From the human T2T-CHM13v2.0 reference genome, Homo sapiens, in NCBI RefSeq assembly GCF_009914755.1, contig NC_060935.1: a stretch of 64,000 nt of DNA, one strand, 5' to 3'. The number at the start of each line of letters is the position of its first letter. Position 1 is the first letter of the stretch. The notes below the pieces were generated by a model. It saw nothing but the letters and a program-made list of their open reading frames with translations, was not told where the DNA came from and did no database searches. The position numbers were made by a program, and so were the translations under genes. Shown piece after piece: positions 53,260 through 64,000 of this stretch.

Positions 53260-55014
53260 TTATTTCCCCCAAGAAGTGAGAGACAATTACATAAATAAGA
53301 CTCATTAGTAAAATATAAGCAATCAAAATGTTTTTTGTACAAGCTTCTGTACAATAAGAATATAAAGAAAAATAAGAGCCTTATTTTGTCAGAAACTTTT
53401 ATCTGTTGAAACTCCCTAAATGTAGGAGAGTTTCCTAAAAGTAGGGGAAGAAAAGGCAGAAGATGTAATAGAGGGCTTCTATAGAAGCTGCTGCATGATT
53501 TAGATTTTTAAGCAAAATTAGATGATTAAAAAAATAAGTGCATCAGCAGGTTAGGTGCAAGTGAAGATGAGGAGGGACGATTGTGCAAATATCTATATCT
53601 CACTGTGTTCAGAAAAAACAAAAATGATGCTTTCATATGGTCCCTGAAAATAAGCTAATCATATCCCGAGAAAAGAGATATTATTAATAAAGATGACTCC
53701 AAGGCATATTATTATGCCATCTTCAAAAATAGAGGCTTGCAATAGCCAGGAATCAGTCTAGTTTTGTGTCTACCTAAAGCAAATCTTTATGGCAAATGGA
53801 AAGGCTGCAGCTGTTGACAGCACAATGGGATGTCTTTGCTTCCAGAAAAACAATTCCAAAGATAGGCTTGTTGCCAACACTACAAGCCTGCTGACACCAG
53901 AAAGTCAGGGACAAATGAGAGGTTGGTGTAGTAATTATGGTGAAATCTCTGGGTCTATTCAAACGGCCAAATGTTTTGTTGTTGTTGTTGTTTTCATTCT
54001 CTAAACCATTCAGTACATGTGGGAACCTTTTTCTAAGTCAGTAATGTAGGTAGATAACAGAGGGCAAAATTTCCCTGGTGCTGTACTAATTGGATTATGT
54101 ACTGTGTGCTTAACTGTCAAATGCTGAACCTCCCTTGGAGCTAGAAAATGTTTTCTTCATCAACAAAGTGATGAAGACATGAAGATAGTCATGCTTTAGG
54201 TCTTGAGGCACTTAGGTTTAAGAAAAGATGCTGAAAAAGAGATTCTAAAGAGAAACTACTTTTCCAGAGTCAAACCAGGAAGATGATTTGTTATAGATGT
54301 TATAGATCCTCAAGTGTGAAATGTATCATCATCCCAGTTCTGATTCAATTTATAAGTGAATTCCCACCATACCATCACTGCCCCGAGATCATCTGACCAT
54401 CGTTCTTGCAAGTTTACTCTCCACTCATGCTCAAGTAGAATTCCTTCACATTTGGGCCAATTCAATTGTCAGAAAATTCTTACTTTATTTGCAATTGACA
54501 ACCCTTGTATGTATCCTCCACATCTCCACCTATTTCCTAGTCATTGTTCTGCCACAGTATCTTCCTCAATTCAAATATAGCAAGCATAGATAATCAATCA
54601 CACCTGTCCAAACTAAGCAGCTAATGATCAATTGACCTTACTCACATCTGTAGTATTTTGGTTGTTATTTTGTTTATTGTCTTTTCTTTCTCCTCAGTTA
54701 CCATATTTCACAGTTTTTTTCTGTGTTGCCTTTAAAATACAGAAACATCTGAGAGTCTCATCGAATAGCTGAGATATACTGAGATATTTGTTAATATATT
54801 CTTACTATTTTGGTGAAACTACTAAATTTGAAAAGTACGTAAAAAAAACAAGATTTTCCTCATTCATATGGCTTGTGTAACATTGCAATTTTTCACGACT
54901 CAAAGTTCTTTGCATCTCATTTTCACACATAAGCATGGGTTACATTTTGTTGATGGGGAACACATTTCAGTGCTCTTCTTTGTTTTCAAGTAAACTCATA
55001 TTATTAAAAACAGC

Positions 55015-55195
55015 AGCTATAAAATATTCTCCATAAAAGATATGTTGAATTCCTAACACCTGGTACCTGTGAATGTGACCTTACTTGAAAATAGGGTCTT
55101 CATGTAAATTAAGATGGGTCCTACTGAAGTAAAGTGGGCTCTTAATCCAATGACTGGTGTCTTTATTAAACGAGAGGATATATAATGTAGATTAC

Positions 55196-55239
<44 letters not shown>

Positions 55240-55484
55240 ATGGGGTAACATCATGTGAAGTCACAGACACACAGAAGGAAGAAAGCCCTGTTGCAGCTTA
55301 GGCCGAGATCAGGATTATACAGCTGCAAGATGAGAAACACCAAGGAATGCTGGCCACCACCACAAGTTAGGAGAGAGAGCTTGATTTCAGATTTCCAGCC
55401 TCCAGAACTTTGAGAGAATACATTTCTGTTGTTTTAAGCCACCGAATTTGTGGTGCTTTATTATGAAGCAATAGGAAACTAACA
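55015..55484 (+). mobile_element. MLT1B/C MaLR solo LTR with an internal (CA)n
   Basis: 'gtacctgtgaatgtgaccttacttgaaaatagggtctt', 'taatccaatgactggtgtc', 'ccagcctccagaact..tttctgttgttttaagccacc'; (CA)n at about 55198-55238. Confidence 0.9.
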
Positions 55485-55899
55485 GAGGGGGAATGGAAAT
55501 TTACAGGTTAAAAAAGTTTCGCTGCCATTTCTGGTTATTTCATAGAGAGGAAAGCTTGTAACTCAGAGACACCCTAGTTCAAATTCTAGTAATTTCACTT
55601 GGAAGCTTTGTATTTTTCCGCAAATTATCAAACTCTAACTAAAACTTAGCTCACTTCTGTTCATAAAGATCGTGATTGCTTCCTACCATTTTTAATATTA
55701 AGTAAGATTATGTGTCTTAAAGGCCTAGTGCTTTATCTAGGCCTAAGGAAAGGTAGTATAAACGTAAGCACAGGAAAAAAGAGAAGGATGTGCTCATGGT
55801 ATGCATTTGCATTACCTATTATAGCTGTTTAAAAAGAAGGTAGACACGCTAGACTCAATAAAAAACAAAAACAAAAAGTAAAATTACTGTGGTTATACA

Positions 55900-56446
55900 A
55901 TGTCGTTGGCAGGATTTTCACCATGGTGTTACTCATATGAATATGTTACCTGAAAATAGCAAAACAGACTTCACAAATGTAATTAAGAGTACTAATCAGT
56001 TCAGTTTAAAAGAAAGATATTATTTAGATGATCTGATTGAACCCAATCTAATCAAATAAACCTTTCTCTTAGATGAAAAGCAGACCTTTTCCTTAGGTGA
56101 AGACATAAAGGGAAGTCAGAAAGACTTAAAGTGTGAGAAAAAGTGAATATGTCATTGCTGACTTGAAGATGGAGGGGTACAAATATCAAAGACATGGAGA
56201 TCTCAGTTCTACAAACTTGAGATGCCAAATTCTACCCACAAATGGAATGAATTTGGAAATATATCCTTCTCAAACTACTCTTATTAATTTATTATTGTTT
56301 ATATTTTGAGGCCCTATACAGAAATGTCAGCTGTGTGGTACTCAATTTCTGATCTATAGAATTGTAGATAACAAATGTATGTTGTTAAAAGCCACTAAAT
56401 TGGTGGAGTTAACAATTTTTTTAGGCAGAATTAGAAAACTAATGCA
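55900..56446 (+). mobile_element. MLT1D/E-like MaLR solo LTR
   Basis: 'atgtaattaagagtactaatcagt', 'ttgctgacttgaagatggagg', 'ctcagttctacaa', 'aagccactaaattggtgg...gaaaactaatgca'. Confidence 0.75.
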
Positions 56447-56863
56447 TATAACTATGTAAAGATAGAATAAAGATGATAGTTCTGATTCTCTTTATTGGTT
56501 TCTTTTTACTTTACCAGCTTTCTTAATAGATTACATCCACATTTTGAGTTGACTTAAACAAATACATTTCTAATGAAGTTGAATAAGAAAAGTCATGCAT
56601 TATTTTATCGGGTAGCCTATCCAAATTAATTTGAATTTTCTCTGCCCAATATATTTTATGGAAACACTATTTTAAATTTTAAATTGTTTCAATGGATAAT
56701 ATGAGAAAAAATTAAATAAATTCCATTTACTGCTAGCATTTACCAGCAACCAAGACACAATACCTCAGAATCTCTTAGAATTTCTGACTTAACCAAGTAT
56801 ATTAATTCTTATCCATGGCAGCAATACAAGACTGTTTAGATATAGTTTATCACAAATAAACAG

Positions 56864-57382
56864 GTATATATATATATATGTGTATATGTATACATGTATA
56901 TATGTATATATATGTATATATGTATATATGTATATATGTATATATATGTATATATGTATATATGTATAAATGTATGTATGTATATATGTGTATATGTATA
57001 TATATGTGTATATATGTATATATATGTATATATGTATATATGTGTATATATGTATATCTGTATATATGTGTATATATGTGTATATATATGCGTATATATG
57101 TGTATATATGTATATATGTGTATATGTGTATATATGTATATATGTATATGTGTATATATGTATATATGTATATTTGTATATATGTGTATATATATGTGTA
57201 TATATGTATATATGTACATATATGTGTATATATGTATATATGTACATATATGTATATATATGCAAACATATATGTACATACATATATACACACATATATA
57301 TGTACATACATATATACACACATATATACACACACATATATATACATATATATGTATAAATCTCTTTTAAAGTGTGTGTGTG

Positions 57383-57432
<50 letters not shown>
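56864..57432. repeat. About 570-bp (TA)/(TATG)/(CATA)/(CA) compound microsatellite
   Basis: Directly visible; source of the Y/I/H/V/C-rich ORFs at 56789-57462. Confidence 0.97.
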
Positions 57433-57434
<2 letters not shown>

Positions 57435-59579
57435 TCCCTATAAATATGGGGAAAATAAATAAATGCACTATGGGCACATGTGATCTTTAATAAAGTTAAA
57501 ATTGGACCTAATCTGAATAAATTAAAATGCTAAGTGAGCATTTTCCTATTAGAAGATTTAGACTCAGAATTTTGAAAGGGGATTTTTGTCTCACAAATGC
57601 TTTATTTCAGATATCATGTGTTGAATTTTGAGAGTGACAATTTCATTCCCCTAACCTAGAATCAAGTAAAAAATATAAGCAGAAAATGCAAATATCAACT
57701 CATTTCTATTATTATTATATTATTATTGAAAACGCCAAACTGAAAAGCACCTTGGATGTATGGGCACAATCAGGTTCTTTTTCATTTCCTCTGTTTTCAA
57801 GCTTGCTCACCAATATGGCTTCCCATTTGATAACTTTTTTCTTTATTCCTGGAGGGAAGAAGTACAGTGAGATTAAGGGAAGGTGGAAGTCTATTACTGT
57901 TATTTCACAAAGAACGAAAATTACTATTATATGGCAGAATAACTATCTAGGGTAGAACAATGTAAATGTTTATATTAAAATCTTTAACATTGGCAGAATA
58001 TCTAAGTTTCATAATGTACACATGTTACTGTGATTTCCAAATTTCTAAAGTAAAATGTAGTTATTATCTATTTTTGTATAGCTTCTATACGGCTATGGCA
58101 CATTCAGGTCCCAACAGTCTATAACAAGCAGTATATTTGGTTTCAAATGGTATGACAGGTAGCTTCTTTTAGGAAAAAACAAGGTCCTGAGAATTAATGT
58201 GAAACCCCAAGATGAGGATGAAGTGGAGAGGCTATCAAGCTTTCAAGAGTAAGATTTTCCATCCTGCCGTTGCATCTGACTCCACAATGTATTATTTCAA
58301 AACTTATTTCTGAGTGACCCAAAAAGGCTCAGCTTGACTCATCTTTTGAAGAGAAGACGATTTTCTAGGAGAAGGTTTAATTCATTAACTTCCAGGTCAA
58401 AGGAATCTTTATGTAAGCCTTCCAGATGTTAATGTTCTTTTGAAATATTTGAATATCATCCAAGTGAGAACCAGAAATTTGACACAGAAATGACAACAGT
58501 AAATTCAGGAGAAATTTTATGTTTCTGAAAATATAGAACACCATTTTTCTCATAACCATACTTTTCCAAAAAAATATTTTATAAAATGGTACAGATATAA
58601 AAGGGAAAAATTCAAATATCTAGATACATATAAATATAAGTATACAATCCTGTATGTAAATATGCATTGTTGTTCTGTGTCTACACTACATTAGCCTAAT
58701 AAAATGAAGGTGTGATCTAATTTACAAAATAATTTATTAGCAGAACATGTGGATAAGTATTGCTTCAATTAACAAAGTAAAGAATTTATGTTCTTGTCCA
58801 GCTTACATGATTTGTATAAAACCTTCTTGTGAGGCAGTAAAAGAAAAAGATACAGGAATACAGGGTTTATAATCACCTAAAAAAAGTCATATCCTGTTAT
58901 TGTCATTTATTTTTATTATTGTGATATTATCCACATTACTATATTATATAACCTCTTCAGGCCTGAGTTTTAAAAATTTTAGGGTAAGATTCAAAAGATA
59001 TTATCTACAGCACATTCAATTGTGGGCATAAATTTAGATCTGTATTTGCAAAATTCTGTGTAATTTACAATGCAATAATTGAATGTTAGTTTAGCTTTCC
59101 CTCCTTTAGGATCAAATAAAATTAGAACTATCACTCTGACCACCCCCAGCATACTATATTCTGTGTTATTTTGTATTTTCTGCCATATCTTAACAGTGTA
59201 GTCTGCTTTTTTACTAAAATGTGAGTAGAAAGCATAAATTATTTGATTCACATTTTTATCCTTCATTGCCCACTGCATATAATCCTGCAAGCACATTACT
59301 ATGTGATGGATAAATTTATTCATTCAACAGATATTTCTTGAAGATATAATATGATCCAAGTTGTGATATGTGCTAATAATACAAGGTTAAGCAATGCAGA
59401 GTCATTCTTTCTACTCCTGAGTTGAGAGCTTCAAGATATAATGAAACAAAAATAAATTAATAATAATATTAAAACACCGTTTAGCTTTCTTTCCTAGTAT
59501 GCAATTTTTTCTTCTATGGAAAATATAAAATATAAATTACATGTTATTCTATTGAGAAAGTGAAGACACCAGATAAAAA

Positions 59580-59740
59580 ACGGTGGCATAGACTAAAAGC
59601 ATAGGGACAGCAGTATGGTCTCTGACACTGACTGCCTGGGTTCCAATTTTAGCTCTGTCATTTACCATTTGTTTGACTTTGTCCGGTGTATTTAACTTTA
59701 CAGTCTTTTAGTTATCTCAAAGTAATGAAATGAAGCGAAC
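59580..59740 (+). mobile_element. MIR
   Basis: 'gactgcctgggttccaattttagctctgtcatttaccatttgtttgactttg...tttaac'. Confidence 0.7.
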
Positions 59741-60613
59741 AAGGAGTAACCTTACATTTTTCTCAGATTATCAGTCATGAGAATCTTCACTTGTTTGACT
59801 TTTTTCTTCAAGAATTCCAAGCACTAATATTTAGATAGATATTCTCCAAATACCCACTATGATTTGGTGGAAGCAGCACCCAGTTGGTGTGCTATGTCTA
59901 ATATGCAAAATAACTATTTTATGAGATTTTAAAAAACTCATAGTTATCTCTTTTGTGGGGAGTGGCTTGTTTATAGAAATTCCATCATGATCAAGCTAGA
60001 AAGATCAAGACCTTCCAAACACGGCTGGATATAGTTAACATCATATGTGTAATAATAATAACAATTATTAATCATCCCCAAAACCAGCCTCTAAATTTGT
60101 CATTGGTGCAAAGAAGAAAGTAGGTCTCTTCTTTGTAGAAGTTTCCCAATGAGTTCTGATTATTAATGGTGACTTTGAAATTATATTTCACAGAGAGTGG
60201 CATCAGTGTTTTAGGACCATGCTGAGTTTTAGAGATTTCTGATGTAGATATTAATCTGAGCCATTTTACATAAAGAGCTCCTTTTTAAAAGTAAACATGT
60301 CCTCTAATTAAACTCAAGAAATTAAATACAAATAAAAGAATGATAAAAAATTCTGAAAATATTAACTTTATTACATAAAACTTTTGAGGATATGTCATTT
60401 GGGGTATTACAATGCCTTGAATCTGAGCTCTTTAAAAACAAAACAAAACCCCCCAAATTTGTTTCCTTTTTAAAAAATGTGACAATAAAGTTATATAATA
60501 AAATGAATATATCTCAATATTTTATTTTCTTATGTTTTTATTTCTCTTAAGAATTATGGCATAAAATAAAAATAATTATTTTATTGAATGGACATTGATA
60601 ATTTTCTTACGGT

Positions 60614-62353
60614 ATTTTTCAACTTTATTGAAGTAAAATTGACAAAATACAACTGTGTATATTCAAGGTATTTAAAGTGAAATTTTGAATTTTGAATTCA
60701 TTGTAAAATGATATCCACAATCAAGATAATTAAAACATTTGTATACTTAAGATATACTCTCTTAGGAAATTTCAAGTGTACCTTACATTTTTATTATCAT
60801 GCAATATGTTAGGTCTCCAGAACTTATTTGTCTTATAATTTCAATTGTGTGCCCTTTGACCAGCATATCCCCATTTTTTTCACCCTTGACCTCTGATAAC
60901 CACCTTTCTATTCTCTTTTTCTGTTAATTCAAGTGTTTTAGATTACATATTAATTGAGGTCATGCTGTATTAGTCTTTATATGTCTGACTTATCCCACTT
61001 AGCATAATGTCTTCCAGTTGCATTTATATTGTCACAAATGACAGAATCTTCATATTTTTTATAGCTGAATAATACTCTACTGTGCACATATAGGTATATT
61101 TGTATATATTTATACGTATATATGCATATGTATACATATATATATACCACACATTTATGTGTATGTGTATGTGGGTAGACACACATACACACACACATAA
61201 AGATGATCTCTAACTTATAGTGGTTCAACTTACAATTTTTGGACTTTATGATACTGCAAAAGCAATGCACATTCAGTAGAAACTATACTTCAATATAGTA
61301 TTATTATATATTACTATAAAACAGGCTTTGGATTAAATGATCTTGCCCAGCTGTAGGATAATGTAAGTGTTCTGAGCACATTTAAAGTAGGCTATGCTAA
61401 GCTATGAAGTTTTGTAAAAATGAATTTTTGTCTTGGATTATTTTCAGCTTAAGATGGGTTTATCCCCATTGTAAGTTGAGGAACCTGTAGGTGTGTGTGT
61501 CTATACAAACACAGACACTCACTATCATATGAGTGACAATTCTTTTTTCATCAATCTTTCCAAAGATGCTTAGGTGTTTTCATATCTTGGCTATTAGAAT
61601 AGTGCTGCAGTGAACATGGGGGTGAGGATATCTCTGATATTTCTCTGAGTTAGTGATTTTATTTCCTTTGTATGTATGCCCAGAAGTAGAGATGCCACAT
61701 CATATAATAGTTGTATTTTAAATTTTTGAGGAAACTTCATACTGTTTTTCGTATTGATTATACCAGTTTACACTTCCATCAACAATGTAAAGGTTCTTTT
61801 TTCTCCACCTACTTGCCAAAACTCATTATATTTTGACTTTTTATTAATAACCTAAGGGATGTGAGGTAATATCTCATTGACGTTTTGTTTTCCTTTTCCC
61901 TAATGATGACTGATATTGAGTAGATTTTTATATATCTATTGGCCATTTGTATGTTTTCCTACGAAAAATTTGAGTTCAGGTCCTTTAATCATTCTTTACT
62001 TGGTTTTATAGTTGTTTTGCTGCTGAATTGTACGACTTCCTTATATATTTTGGATGTTAATCTCTTATCAGTTAAATTATTTTTTTGTATTCTATAGGCT
62101 TCCATTTTATTTTGTTGAATGTTTCCTTTACTGTACAGAAACATTTTAGTTTCATGTACTTCCAATCATTTATTTTTTATTTTCTCGCCTAGGCTTTTGA
62201 TGTCAAATCCAAAAAAAAAAATTGTCAAAAACAATGTTAAGTAGCTTTTCTCCTATGTTTTCTTCTAATTATTTTATAGCTCCATGTCTTATGTTTGAAC
62301 CTTTAATCCATTTTCAGATGATTTTGTGTGTGGTATAAGATGGGGACATTATG

Positions 62354-62387
<34 letters not shown>

Positions 62388-62762
62388 TGTGGATATAGTT
62401 TTTCCAGCACCATTTATCGAAGAGACTATCTTTTATCCATTATGTAGTCCTGGCACCTTTGTCAAAAATTAAACATATATGCATGGCTTTACTCTGGACT
62501 TTTTTTTATATTCCATTGTCTGCTTTTATGTCAGTGTGATACTGTTTTGATTTCTATCACATTTAAATATAACTTGAAATCAGAAAGTATAGTGCCTTCG
62601 ACTGTTATTCTTGTTAAAAATTGCTTTAAGGGGTCAGGTATGTTGTGATTCCATACAAAGTTTAGGATTTTTGTGCGTGTGTGAAAAATACTGTTGGAGC
62701 CTGATAAGGATCGCATTGGATCTGTTGGGGTAGTATGGACTTTTTCATAGCGTTGATTCTGT
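60614..62762 (-). mobile_element. L1MA (L1MA8/9-like) 3' portion, interrupted by MER47A
   Basis: 3' end 'caactttattgaagtaaaattgaca...aggtctccagaacttatt'; ORF2 remnant ORF 62531-62770 (ILNFVWNH..ILSDFKLY). Confidence 0.88.
61200..61487 (-). mobile_element. MER47A TcMar-Tigger MITE nested in the L1MA
   Basis: 'ggttcaacttacaattttt', 'cattcagtagaaac', 'aatgtaagtgttctgagcacatttaaagtaggcta..ctaagctatga', 'ccccattgtaagttgagga'; TA on both flanks. Confidence 0.88.
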
Positions 62763-62802
62763 TTTTTCAAATTTCTCTTTTAGTTAAAATATATCTACCT
62801 AA

Positions 62803-63161
<359 letters not shown>

Positions 63162-64000
63162 ATCTATTTTATTTAATAGAGGTATTAAGGGTACAGCCAG
63201 CAAAGAAAAAGTTTAATAATCTCTGTCCTGTATTCACCTTCCAACCCAACTGCAACACCCACTTAGAGAATTCACAGCATTGACTACCAATTTAACACAG
63301 AGTGAGTATAATTCTACAAGGCAGACACAGAAGGTCATCAGACACTATACAATTATATGGCATAGAAATAGTGGTTTTAATAAAACTTTTGATTTCTGTT
63401 ATGTTTAAAGTAATAATTTAACGAACCATGAATTGTAATGGTTTAGAAAATTATTTTGGGTAGACTTTTATTTCTTCTGGTAAAGATATGACAGGAACTA
63501 AAACAATAACAAACTCTCTTTAAATGTAGACAATCCTGTGAATACATTTTGAAAGACATAAGAGAAGTAAGAAGAAAAAGTTAAGATTTTTAGAGTTAGG
63601 GCATGAACTGCTTCTCCAAGGAAGAGTTGTGATTGTAAGTTTAGTCAAGGGGAAATAACCTGAATTGAGAATGTTCAGTTTATACATATGCACACACACA
63701 CAAATTGATTTTTTGTATACTTTTGTGAACCTTGTTCAACAAATATTATAATGATAAAACTAATACAAACTATAGACTTAAATTTTTTAAAAAAGTATTT
63801 CAGTATGATACAATTATCTTCCAAATAATTACATTATAAAATAGCAAAAATTTTGAGGAGGGCAAGTGGTCAAACTTCTTTCAGATTTTCATTTTTCAAA
63901 TATATATATACAGGAGTTCTCCAACCAAATACTTTGGGTTTAGATATCTAGTGGTATTTGCTGCCATAGATGGAGGCCTTTCACAGGTGATAGAGGAGAT

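Noticed and set aside
53864-53889. AGGCTTGT...ACAAGCCT hairpin
   Set aside because: An 8-bp stem is expected by chance in 64 kb and is too short for a pre-miRNA.
56789-57462. Six overlapping 129-212-aa ORFs
   Set aside because: Stop-free reading of the TA/TG/CA microsatellite; not coding.

Overview
AT-rich, CpG-depleted primate (human-like) genomic DNA, most likely intergenic or deep intronic. I could not identify the locus. I see no supportable protein-coding exon, RNA gene, CpG island or prokaryotic system; the longer ORFs are decayed L1 ORF2 pieces, Alu reading frames or microsatellite artefacts, and the rest are short and consistent with chance. The window is a layered transposon landscape: L1PA/PB/MA/MC/ME fragments, about 11 Alus (AluJ, AluS, AluY and two monomers), MaLR/ERVL/ERV1 solo LTRs, DNA transposons (Tigger3, MER5A, MER81, MER47A), MIR/L2/CR1 relics and large simple repeats. 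Subfamily calls come from recalled consensus motifs, not from a search. The most unusual signal is a set of short, locally templated copies that repeat annotation would hide. A 156-bp tail-less L1 piece matches an L1 1.7 kb away. A 41-bp piece of a MER5A sits inside the exploded linker of an Alu 2.7 kb away. A 33-bp Alu piece sits in a MIR 260 bp from its source. A five-copy direct/inverted mosaic lies at 33.2 kb. These look like fossil template-switch or polymerase-theta-type repair scars (inference). A few unique segments look like candidate cis-regulatory elements, the best at about 9.0-9.26 kb.
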